Assembly (NCBI RefSeq): GCF_037042905.1 | Contig: NC_087245.1 | Coordinates: forward strand, 12,092,001 to 12,156,000 | Direction of reading: 5' to 3' | Source: Lytechinus pictus | Taxonomy: Eukaryota | Length of the DNA stretch: 64,000 nucleotides | In this document: positions 22,702 to 35,763 of the stretch, piece by piece | How the letters are laid out: the number at the start of each line of letters is the position of its first letter | Numbering within the stretch: position 1 is the stretch's first letter | Notes under the pieces: model-generated | What the model was told of the DNA's origin: nothing | The model's input: only the letters and a program-made list of their open reading frames with translations | The model's database searches: none | Position numbers and translations under genes: made by a program

Positions 22702-25700
22702 TCATGGCCCTTGAGTTATTTTAGGTGGTCTTCGGTAATGTTTATAAGCTGGAACAAGGGTTATAATGGAGAGAACAGACAGTCCACCTAAATACACGAA
22801 CATCATCTCATAACCAAGAACGGAAGCTATCCAACCTAAAAGAGGAGAACAAAAATGGAAACCTTAAAAGTTAAAGTTCAAATTAAACGTATAATTGTAA
22901 TGATTGCAAACACATTAAGATTCACTAATTGGCTCAAATAAAGTAATACAACGGCTGCAACATTTTATGGATTTTTTTTACGGTCTTCCAACAAAGTTTA
23001 TTATGTCATTGTAATAATATAATTATCATTAGCCATTGAACAAGACTACCTTGCATTAACAGTATCAAATAAATATCTAAATTGTACATTTTCAGCTATG
23101 CCTATACCAGTCGTGGATCCAGGCGCGAAGGGTAGGGGCGTGCCAATTCGTTTTCATTTAAATTGTTAATCATAGTTTTTGAGAAATGGTAACCGATTTT
23201 TTATGAAGACTTTGCAGGTATTTTTTTTTTGGGGGGAGGGGTGTTCGCTCCAGCGATTATCTCCTTTTTGGGCAAGACAACGAAAATCCCCTTTTTATAT
23301 ACTTGTCCAAATTATATATTTGCAAATAAAAATGGATTATTTTCATGCTCCCTTCCGGCCTCATCAAATCCTCGATTCACTCTTGTAAACTTTCTGAATT
23401 GTCTTTAAATAGCTGAATAGTAACATGTTAATACACATTGATACCTTAAATATTATTTTTTAAAGAAAAAAAAGAAACGGTAGACTTCTCTTGAGTCTCA
23501 GCTCCAAAGAGAGAAAAAAAATATTCTAGAGAGAGCTTGGCATGTTAAAAAATTAAACTGAATAAAAATGTTTTTGCATTAATTTTTTTTTTAATTAAGT
23601 AGGGCCTACTCACGCAAGTAGCGCCATCATTCGTCAGGTTCAGAAATAAAGTAGAATTGACGTTAACTTTCTTTTTTATTTACACAAAAAAAAATAAAGG
23701 TTGGAACACCGTATGGATTGGGGTTAAAAAGTTGATGATATATATATCACTTTTTTCTCCCTCTCGTCTATCATTTTAAGGTCTTCAAAATGCCCCCCCC
23801 CCTCCTCGCAACAGGTATATCAGTTATTGCATAACAAGTTATTTACCTGCTGCAAATCCACCAATGGGTTCGGAAAAGCCATAGGCTACACTGGACAAAC
23901 CATATGACGTCGAAAGTCTTGGAGATGGTGTATAATCCTATGATAATGAAAACAAACAAACATAAAACATATTGTTACAAACTATTCTTTACCATTATCC
24001 ATATATATTTCTAAACGTCAGTGTGTCAATACCTGTAATGTTTAAATTGAGCAAACAATTATACCAAGTAAATGATCAAACCAATTTTACCTGTACATTC
24101 TAAGAAAATCCTTAAAATCAACTTAAATCTTAGATTGTTTACTAAAGTGATAGGGGTCCCGATAAAGATTAACGCAATGAAATATAAGCATCTAACAAGA
24201 AAAAGCATCATACCCAAACATGTTGGCATTTATAAAAGGCGCAAAAAGTACGTTTAATTGCGGCAACTGCCGTCGCAGCATTACTGGTGTACCAGGACAT
24301 TACGGTCTTATTACAACACAAATCTAAAAAGCGATTTATCTTAGGTCTGCATTGATCATCGTATAAAAATAATTGTACTATCAATCGCTAAGCTTTGTGT
24401 AATACCAGACGTTAAGGATTAAAAGCGCAAACACTTCATCATACTTCCAGCATAATGTTCATATCAAACATTTTACAATCTAACATTGTACTATTTAGCA
24501 TCCGAATACCACTTAAGTGTTTATTATTTTTATGATATCGGATCCTTCGAGCATTGACCTTGTTTAATCCATGACAGGTTTTGTGATCTGTGTGTCCGTC
24601 AAGAATAACTTGTATATTATAAATTTTAAAGCGTAACGTTTTGAAACTGTATAAAGTATCATGGAATTGTCCTTTTCATTTAGCCCGGGAGGGGGGGGGG
24701 GGGGCAGTCAAATATATTGCTGTACACATGCGTGACCAAAAAAAAAAAAACGCGTTTAAAGGGGTGTTTTGTTTCAGTTTTGGAAGCGGGCCGCGCGTGA
24801 ACTCGTTAAGAGTATCAAAAACACCGATTTTCAAGAAAAAAAGGGTGGTTTTGAAAGACAGGTCAGGGTATTTTTTTTCCAAAGCTTTTTTTTTTAAAGA
24901 CGAGCCAAACGTGTTTAAGGTATTTTTTTCCCAAAGCTTTTCCCCGAGGTCATATTCTGGCGACAACTTGTTAAGGGGCCAAATTGTATAAATAAAGCCC
25001 GCGAAAAACTTGTTAAGGGGGTTCTTTTGCACACAGAGAAAAAAAACTCGTTTAGGGGGTGTTTGGAAATAATTTGGTCACGCATGTATACAGCAATACA
25101 TTTGACTCCCCCCGGGTCATTTAGAATCAGTTGATCGATATATTTCATTAATAATTAGTAATTTTCACAATATGCACAGAGACTGAATTGTGCGGGGCCG
25201 ACTTTTTCATTTTAGTATATGTCCTCGAACTTCCCATATTACCGACAGTGGGGAAATTTCACTGCGATTTACGGAAGGGGGGAATAACAAAGTAAATGTA
25301 TTAAAAATGCTCGTCAAATGACAAAAATAGCTGGGAGGACTTTGTCGAAATTGGTGATCCGGAACAGCAGTTTTGTCATAAGTTTCGGAGTTGACAAAAA
25401 TATGTCGTTTGTCCAGAAATGGACGAAACTGCTGTTTTGATGCACCAATTTTCGACAAAGACCTCGTTATTTTTTTGTCATTAGGGCATTTTGCAATACA
25501 TTTTATCTGTTCTTGAACCAACCATTATGTCCGTACGTCAATATCTGACATAAAGATCGCTTTACCTTGAGCATAATCGATAAAAGAGATGTCTGAGTGC
25601 CGAAAAAAATACCATTCAAGACAGTTCCGGTGGCTAACCAACCAAAGCCTTTCAGGAGAGGATCACAGAAGAAGAGTATACTGTTCAATCCGGCTGAGAA

Positions 25701-28700
25701 CATAAAGAGGCCAACAGAAGTCATCCAGCGATTATGAACAATAGGACCCTGTGAGAATCTCCCAAAGGCATCACCAACCCCAGAGACGAGAGACAGAAGA
25801 ACTGCTTGGGAGAGGGTGATGCCTTTAGCAACGGCATGGGAGATTAGGAAGATGTTCCAAGACGTCGTGATCATACCGAATATGAATGTAGCAAGATAGA
25901 TATAGATGAGGTAAGGCTCGTCCCGACATAGCGACCAGTCAAGAGCACTCCAGATCATTCGGAAAGGTGTCAGGCAAAAGTCTATCACATAGCACCCCTT
26001 TGCCATGTTTGGTTGTTGATCTTCCAGATGAACTCTAAGAGCTTCATCATGGAAGTCTTCTAGGCAATCTTTCAAAGGTGGACAAGCTACTTTGAATGCT
26101 CCCCTTGTGTTATCAACCTGATTACATCCAGATGACGTTGATAATTTCTGGAAGGAAGCATCATCACCATTTAGACGACGCTCATTTCTTGTGATACTGC
26201 GATCCAAGGGGAGGAGAGTGTCTTCGTTAAGCTCGACAAGTTCACGGTCACCCATCTCGTCTTCTCGCACGTTGGTATAGGACTCATCTTTGGCTCTTCG
26301 TTTCGGGAGTGTCCGAGGGTCTCTTAACAACGCAGTGAAGACGATCGTGTTAAAGGCAATCCCTCCAAGTATAAGAATTGTTCCTCGACATCCGTAATGT
26401 TCAAGAATCTTTTCTGTAAGTAACGGTAAGATCACACTAACTGCACAGCCCATGTCACCCATTCCAAAAGCAAGGGCAAAACGCCTGGTGAAGTAGAGAC
26501 TGAATACAATGAACGTCAAGAGAGAGATTATTGAAAATCCGACACCTAGAGCGACATTGAAAGGGACGAAAATATAGAGAAAACAGGGATTAAGCAGGTT
26601 TTTCTATTCTCCCTGGCAATATTGGTTTTTCTTTTAATAGTATTCAGATGAGTTAATTTTAAATCATCAAGAATCTAATAATTTAATTGAACAAATGAAC
26701 AGAGAAAAATGAAACAATTTAACTGAAATGTTAATAAAAGTACAAAGTTATGTAATTTCAAAACTTCCCTATTTGTTCACAAAACAGTCTCATCTTACGT
26801 ACTACACAACACAGTGAAATGCGAACGAGAAAGTCGATGATGCAATTCACTCGCAATTTCTTTTGTATTTTACTTACATTTTTGGGGGCAAATTTGAGAA
26901 TACAGAGATTCTTTAAAAAGTCACAATAGGTTACAACAATTGCAATTAAGATTAATACATGTCATATTTCTGAATAAAATACCCCCCCCCCAAAAAAAAA
27001 AAAAAAAAAAAAAAAAATAGCGATCGGTTTCCCACATTTGCATTGGATCTCTTGTGCAGCTAGACTAAAAATAACAGTGTCTTCGAGATTTAGTTGTATC
27101 ATGAACGTGTGTTTGGCGATTTTTTTTTTTTTTTTGGGGGGGTACGTGTTTAACGGAGTGAACAGACGACCTATTTTTTTTTCTTTTTAAGTTAAAGTCC
27201 AGGGGTAATTATGTAGAGTTAAACGACCCCAACCTGTTTTTATACTCTCTTTTTCTCTGTTCTTTTTTCCCTATTTTACTTCTTTTTCTCATATTTCCCC
27301 TTTTTTCTTTACCCCTTGAAAACTGATAGGGGACAGTCGCCCACCTGTAACATTGAAGTAACGCTGTGCTCACTTTTAAGCTAAAATCCCCTCCTCTGGC
27401 ACTGCCATTAAAGGAACATTCATTAGAGTGCACTGACAGAGCATTTATTTTAATCAAATCAGATTATCAACGCTACTATATGCTGCACTCCAATAATCCA
27501 ACAGATAATTAAAAAAATCAAATTTTGTGATCGATTTTGACATAATATTCAGAAAATAATATCATCTTTTCACCATTTTCTCTTACCTTTCCCTTTCTTT
27601 TTTTCTTGGTCGTAAATTTTTTTTTAGAGGGGGGGGGGGGGCAAGCCCCAACTGTACGCCTCTGATTATTAGCAAGTAACTATATGCTTTTTAACACTAA
27701 ATAATAATAATAATAAATGTGGGCTTATAGCCCCTTGCCCTCGTGGATTTTGCTATTATCGATGATGTATTCTATTGTATTTACCTGATGCGACCATTGC
27801 AACTGAGAACCAGGCGATGTTTGTTGAAAGTGATGAGAGAGATAGACTGAGGCCCATTATGAAGCTACCAAACACCATCAATGGTCTTATTAAAGTCTTA
27901 TTCTTGGTGAGAGGAGAGATGATAGGAGCTGACGAATCAAATAAGGGATCAAAATAATAGGATTAGTAATATATAATGCACAAAGAAATAAGTATTTCTG
28001 GTGACGCTACACGCAGGCCAAATACGCCAAATATGACTGCATGTTTATAGCGAGATTCGCTAAATGATATTCATAATTCGGAAAAGTGACATACGTAAAT
28101 AGAAGTGCATGTATGTAGAATTTATTTCCTGGCCGGGTATTTATATACGTCTTATAAGACATATCAATTTGTATAAAGTTTTTGAAAAATTTTCAGCAAA
28201 CATGTGAGTTTCCTCAATTTCGGGGGGGGGGGGGGGCTGCATACAGCCATGCAAATGTATCGTTTCCATGATTGTTGTAAATAGTGCTTTAAAATTCTCC
28301 GATCTTAGATAGATACTAGTATTTGCAAAAAAAATGGAATAACACGTTTCCTGTGCGATAATTTCTACCATCAAGACATTGTATGCCTTGAATTCATTTT
28401 TCAATTATAGGAGTTTTATTTGCTTTGAGTAATCTTTGCTCTTAAGCTAATAACTCACGAGCACCTAAGTTCATTGCCACCAATATGTTTCTAAATGGAT
28501 TGTTTGCGTATGAAATATTCAAATGCTTAATATAAATTTGTCATCGTATAAGCTATAAAATTCGAAGGAGGATCCCCCAGAAAAAAAACGAAGGGGGAAA
28601 TATTCACCGGAGATCACCGCCTATGCACATTCCCTATTCCCATGCCGAGGGCGGATGCAAGATTTTAGAGGACGGGGAGGGTGAAAACCGATGGTTTCAT

Positions 28701-29146
28701 ATTCAAAGTTATCTTTAAAAATTTGTCAGTTTGACAGACAAAAATAAAGGTTTTCACTTCAAAATTGACATATTTTGATTCTCAATCGAAGGAGATACCA
28801 TAAACCACGGGTATTCTCTGCGCTTAAATTTTGGTCAATGCCAAGGGGGGGGGGGGGTAGTCCCATATAAACATCGGTTCAAACAATTCTTTCAACTATT
28901 TAGTGACAGCAGTAAAGTAGTCTTACCGAAAGCATAAGAAGTTCCATGGTAGAGACCGATGATAAATCCAAGTGTTTCAGTGTTTGTATCGAACTGAATG
29001 ACAAGTTCATTGACGAGCACGCCGAAGCTTTTTAGGATGCCCATCTCGACAAAACTCAGCAAAAAGTACGCAGCGATGACGATCCAAGCCCTTGGTCCCG
29101 TTTCATAGGGGCCCAATGGTGGCCTTCTCTTAGGCTTTTGCTCCAT
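22702..29146 (-). CDS. SLC16 / monocarboxylate transporter-like MFS protein, 522 aa. Exons 29146-28927, 27928-27785, 26545-25566, 23937-23847, 22835-22702
   Basis: Five GT-AG exons join in frame (1569 nt). MCT-type segments: AWIVIAAYFLLSFVEMGILKSFGV, YFTRRFALAFGMG, YGCRGTILILGGIAFN, a large central loop, GVGDAFGRFSQG and PIGGFAAGWIASVLGY. Confidence 0.9.
24684..25116. mobile_element. Non-autonomous DNA transposon with CCCGGG ends and 8-bp TSD
   Basis: TSD TCATTTAG at 24676-24683 and 25117-25124. About 50-bp TIRs (AGTCAAATATATTGCTGTACACATGCGTGACCAAA and its near reverse complement). Confidence 0.8.
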
Positions 29147-30604
29147 GATAGAATCAAAGAGCTGTATTATCTTTTGTCAGGTTTTCTCCCCTGTTCCGTC
29201 AAAATGAAGGCATGCCTGGTGATATTAAACATGTATGTAACAGCATGATCCTTCTATGTTTAATATACGAATGTGAAGTTTTATAGCACAGAAAATTGAC
29301 ACACGTACATTGTCATTCACGTGAACACAATAAAGTTAAAAGGTCATTTTGTTTACTGATTAGACTATTATCAGTTGCACGTGTGGGTTTCGGGATTGCA
29401 ATCGGATGAAACTTGAAGCATTTTCGGGAATGATATAAGGAGACGGTTACTTGAATTAGGAAAGTCAACTTGTTTGGGACAAAAAGGCAAGATAACGAAT
29501 TGTATGAACTTGGAAATTTGACTTGTTTGGGACATAATGTCAAGATAATGAGTTGTCGGAAAATAGATTTATTTGGGACAAGATGACAAAAGTTGCATGC
29601 GAAACTTGGCAAATCGACCTATTTGGGACAAGATGATGAGACTGATGTTGAAACTCAGAAAGGTTTGTTTCGGACGAGAAGTAAAGATGACGAGTTGTTG
29701 AAACTCAGAAGAGTTTGTTTGGGACAAGGAGACAAGATGGAAAAAAGCCGAGACGCCGAGTTGTGAAACTTGGCAACTCATCTTGTTTGAGAAAAAAAGC
29801 TGATGAATCGACTTGGCGTGTTACAACAGTCATTTTGACGTCTTCTTGTCTCAAGAAAATATATTTTTTTAGTTCCAACAACTCGTCTTCTTGTCTTATT
29901 CTCTCGTCATTAGATTCCGGAGTAGTCACACAAAAAAAAGCCGACACTAAATCGACCAGTGAAACGTCATTCATACTAGTGTAATGATTTAGGGCCTTTT
30001 CACACGTGAATCTTGAATCATCATTGTAATGATGATTGCAATTGGTCTTTAGAATCATCGGACCTTTCACACGTTCACTCGAAAACTGCATGATTTGAAT
30101 TCGAATTCCCGAGCGAAGGCGGTATGTGTCCTTGGTGACTTGTCAATCAAAGCACTGCAAATACAAACTACGATGAGTGCATGACGTGCTTAAAAGGTCC
30201 CGTAAGCGCCTCCCCCAAAAAATATATTTTGGAGGTCAAGCCTTTCACACGCAAAATTTGTACCGTAATTTGAGTGAATTTTAACTGGAGTAGAACTTTA
30301 ATTCGTGATTGTGATTAGCGTTCGTGATTCTAATCATGTTCTAGTTTAGTTTCACACGTGCTAATTATTCGTCATTAGCCTTATTTTTCACTGGAATCAT
30401 CATTCAAATTACGATTTTGGTACCGTGTGAAAGGGTGGTTAGATCCGTTTGGGGTCGGTAGTTCACGCTAATACCGACTTCAAACCGACCAATATAATAT
30501 AATTCACTAGTATGGAGTCGGTAGCGTCGATGTGCCTGTCAGTAGCATATAATACGCGGAAAAAACTAACACATCATATTCTGGCTTCTCTTTTAACTAC
30601 TATA

Positions 30605-30645
30605 CTGTACTGCTGCTACTGCTACTACTACTACTACTGCTACTT

Positions 30646-30691
<46 letters not shown>

Positions 30692-30815
30692 AACTACTAC
30701 TACTGATAATAATAATGATGATGATGATGATGGTGATAACAATAGTAATGATAATAATAATAAGAAGAAGAAGAAGAAAGGAGGAAGAGAAGAATAATAA
30801 TACAAAATAATAATG
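30605..30815. repeat. Compound microsatellite (TAC)n(GAT)n(AAT)n(AAG)n
   Basis: Read directly from the sequence. Confidence 0.95.
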
Positions 30816-32103
30816 ACAGATATTGTCGATAATAAGGGATAATGACATTCATGAAAATGATGATAAATATTTCATCATCATCACGACAGGCATCTTATGG
30901 TAGGCCTAATGATTACTCATCAATAGCCCGGGTAACTCACTTCTGAATTGAAAAGTAACGAAACCGCAGCGTAATAAACTATCCTATAAATTTGCCATTC
31001 TTTCATCCGTTTAGTGGGACCCTCATATAAAATCGATGTCCTGCCAATGCTGAGAGCGAATAAACTCGGCTTCCAAGTAAATTATGTTTACCATCCTTCA
31101 CAAATCAACTCAAGAGGGAGCGAGAGAACGAACCTAATCAATCAATCTGTACAAATACGACTCTTCGATCCATTTCACTTTTTTCGACCCGGGAACGTTA
31201 AGTCGATGAAATACAATTTAATTTATATCAAAGGATGTGATGCGATTTGATGTGATAAATTCATTAAAAGTTAGAGGCAATGCTGATGCTTTGCGATATG
31301 TAAAATTCCTATATTTGATTCTGGTATTGGTAATGAATAATTCAGCCCCAAGTGCAAGCCGGGAAGCCGGCTTACTTTCGTAAACAATGAATCGCGTTCC
31401 AGTTCTCAAAAATAAATCTGACCGGAGGTTTAATAGAACAAACAACATTCGACCTCTAAAAATGTCGAATTACCATAATTCTGACCCTTAAACGTGTATT
31501 ATTTTAACGTTACACAGACGGATATTATAATCTGATTTGAGGGGCAGCCGAATGGGTGGCCCAACTGAAGGGAGAAATGATGGCGGAAGGGGAAAAAAAG
31601 AAAAATGAATTAAATGAACAGTTCTTGAAAAAGCCCGACCCCTGCTTGTCCCAAGCGCCGATTTATAGAAACTATAATATGTCAGGATTTCAGTAACTTA
31701 TAACAATTGTCAGTGAAACTCATTGACAATATTGGCTTAATGGGGATTTTTGTAAGACAAATATATTTTAGGGGGTATTTCATGTGATAAGAGTGATATT
31801 CGTGAAAATCCTTGTGTCTTAGTTTAAATTTGAAAATAATCACTTTTGAATCATTTTATGTATCACAATAAAAGTGGAATTTGATCACACCTGTTTCGAT
31901 CGTGGAATCCAAAATTTAAAATAATTAGTATCAGAATTGAAAAGTAATTGACTGGTGTATTTTGATTAAGGGTTCTCCTTCCCAAGCACGTATCGTTCCC
32001 ATGACAACCATGTCCCGTCATTTCTCTTCCCATAACGGAAAATGCTTCCGATCTAATCAGATGATCGTTTGGGAATCTCATCGCACCAAAGAATTGTCTA
32101 ACA

Positions 32104-35100
32104 ATGGAGGTGAGAATGTTTATCATTTTACTTTTATCTTGTTCTATTATAATATATACAAATATTTATGCCCATATTTGAAATTTTATTCTGCTTTATT
32201 TTATTTTAATCAACTTCATTTTGGTTCATCTGATTCTATTTGATCTAATTTTAACTGAATCAAGTCGAATCGATTATTTGTCTGTTTTCAATAAAAGTTC
32301 ATAAATACCTATCTACTTTTCAACAGTTGAAAATGGAATCTTTAATAGCATAATTTTCGAGATATTAAGTCAATCCTGCTCATTAATGCAGGGGCAGATT
32401 CAGCTTTCGTCAATAAGGGGGGGGGGCAATTTTTTTTCACCCATTTACCCCAATCGACAGCTCAAAGTTGGTATTTGTATGTTTCTTTGAAGGGATAGTC
32501 CTAACAGTCACTTCTTATATACATGTAGCTTTATTCTTAAGAAAACATAAATATGTATGTAATAATCTCATAAGCCCTTTTAAAAAGTGCGAGCACGAAG
32601 AGCGTGCTAAAATCACTGGAAATGTTTCATGTATTTTGTCCTGAAAATTGAACATTCATAAGCCCTTTTAAAAAGTGCGAGAACGAAGAGCGTGCTAAAA
32701 TCACTGGAAATTTTTCATGTATTTTGTCCTGAAAATTGAACATTCTGGGCAATGTTTGTGATCCTGAACAAGATGCGTATGTGAATAGATGATTACTGCG
32801 GCGAGAAGCCCGAGCAGAAATTTTTAATATTATTTTGACCTAGGACTGGGACATTCTAAGGACATTTTGTCATCATATGAAAATGAAGACTTTCTTCTTA
32901 TTCCTCTTTCGTCAGGCTTACAGTATGTGCTCGAAACGTCGAGAATAACTAGCTACTATCAGAAAGATAAACCAACAGTCCTTTTCAGGACTAACCTACA
33001 TGGTGTTTTCCCCAAAACGTTCCATGCAAACCTTCAAGGCTCATGAAGCCAATAGGTACTTGACAAATGAAAATAATGCGAGGGCGCAGCTCGAGCTGAA
33101 AATGTTGACATTCAGACCATAAAAAACGGACATTTTTTTCTGAGCAATAAAAAAAATTGTAAATCAAACAAAATAATGAAAGCTCGATGTCCGATCTAAA
33201 ATATGTTTTGTATATTGAATTAAAAACTTGATATTTTAAGCTCCATATCAGCCTATTGAGCAAGATATATATCACATCGAACAGGCAACGCGAGTGCAAA
33301 ACACGAGCAAAAATTTTATGTAGTGGCATGAAAGATTTTTTTCTAAGTCTTCCCCTCGCCTTATTTTATTCACTCGTCTTCCTCCTCTTATTTCATTCAC
33401 TATAGTCTTCCTCCTCTTATTTGCCCTTCTTTCCTTCTTTCTCTCTCTTTATTTCCTCCTTTTTCTCATTTTCCTCCGCCTATGGGGGTGGGGGTGGGGG
33501 GAGGGGCCTCGGCCCCCTGGATCCGCCTATGTTAATAAAGTGGATTTTGATCAAATTATTGAATACGAGCGTACATGTGCCCGGAATATTTTCAACAAGT
33601 GTTAGTCTACCAGTACTTCAACGATTGATAGGAAATCAAGATGTAGATGTGCTTTAAAGTGGGTATTTCTTACCCTATTCTGATGTGTATATACCAATTG
33701 TAATTTTTGAACTATTCATTCTTATAATATGGAATGAAAATGTTTTATCCATTTTCTCCTCTAAGGCTATGTTCTCATCGATCCTGCTATGGATGTCGAC
33801 GGCAATAGCTTCTGCACAAGGGGGGTGTGTAGGTATGTACTAGCTTCATCTTTCAGTTGATAATATCACATCGAGATAAACAATCGAATGACCTTCAGGA
33901 TGCGTGCCCACGGGCGTGAATTCCGGGGGGATGGGGGGATACATCCCCCACACTTTTCGGAGGGGGGTGGCATGTACAATCGACCCCCCCCCCCCACACA
34001 CACACACACACACACTTTTCCAGAAAGATTTGTTTTAATCATCAAATGGTTAATACTACTGTTATTGTGTGGATTCATCTTTATAAATGCAGTCAAAGTG
34101 CTTAAATGACCTAATTTTGCGTTCTTAAAATGCAAAATTTCTCGCGCGGTTACTCCGCTCCCACGCTCAACGTATTCTTACAAGAATTTGGCCGTGACAA
34201 TCCTTATACGTTTAGATTTTTGCAAAGGTTATATCCACTGCATCATGGGACATTAGTTATGATAAGTCCATTTATGAATATGTGATTCCAATGACTTTCT
34301 CGCATTTGGATACTAACTGTAATCCAGTAGTTTACGTCACAGCAAATTCATTACAATATAACCATCATTGTGATAACCTTCAAGTGAAAGATGGTAGTAT
34401 TATGCACGCAGTTAAATAGGCCTACATAATATACCCCTGTACATATAGCCCGTGATGTGATAATTACACACCATTTAAAAGAGGTTTTTGGGCAACATTC
34501 TTTCTTTAACCTACAGAAAATTGGCTCGCTCGCCATGCTCGTTCGCCACATTATCCAATAATCACACCTCATGAAAGAAGATTTTGGTCATCATGTCTTC
34601 CAGCTACTGAAAATTTGCTCGCTCGCATTTGGATATTAACTGTATTTAAGTAGTTTATAACACAGCAAGTTCATTAGTATTATAGCCAATCCTTAGAGGC
34701 CTTTAACTGAAAGATAAAAGGATTGTGTATGCGGTTATATACCCCGTATACATAGCCTTAGGTGTGGGAATGTCCCCCAATTCTTTTATTTTCAGGTCAA
34801 TGTATTGCTTTCTTACAACGAGAGGGCCTTCAGTACACAAGGCATGAGTAGGCTGCATATTCAGACTTAACTCGAGTGAAGGGTTTGCCCAGCAGACTAG
34901 TACGTGCCTAAGTTATTAATCTCACTGGTTACTTCACAACTGTAGACCTGTATATGTCACTGGCGTAAATCCGTGTTGATGGGTGGGGGGGGGGGGGGGG
35001 GGTTATTTAAATATTTTGGCATTTTTTTTGCAATCATGTTTTTAGATATGCAAGGAATTGTCATTGATATGTCCATATGGCAAATACCCCTCCAATATCA

Positions 35101-35717
35101 TTATCTTTTTTACCCCATAATGGTTTAATGGTTTTATTAGAGATTACATTCAAAATGAATTCATGAATAAATCAGCCACTTCAAGCTAACGGATATCCAC
35201 ACACCCTTCACGCATATTTCTCTCTCTCTCACACACACTCTCTCACTCACACACACACACTCTCTCTCTCTCTCTCTCACGCACATATGCACATGTCATC
35301 AACATTTACAAATCACTAAGTTTATTTTAATGATCGATAATTGATATGCTCGCTCGGGAAGTCGTGACAAAGGTCGTCCATGGGATACAGGAGGATGGTC
35401 CGTTTGCAGTAATGGTCGATTATTCAAAGGAGAGTCATGAACACGATATATAAAACAAAATATAACTTCCTACTTTCAGACAGCGGTGCTTTAATAATAG
35501 GTCTATCTGTACATTCTTTGGCAAAAAACAAAACACATCATGATAATCACCATGATAATACTGCTGGATAATCTCCTCGATAAAGTGTAACAATAGTAAA
35601 ATAACAACAGTGAAAGAACAAAAGGACAATAAACAAAACAAGGGGATAATACTATTCCCTATTCATAATAATTATAATAATAATGATAATAACAATAATA
35701 ATTATATAATGATGATA

Positions 35718-35763
<46 letters not shown>

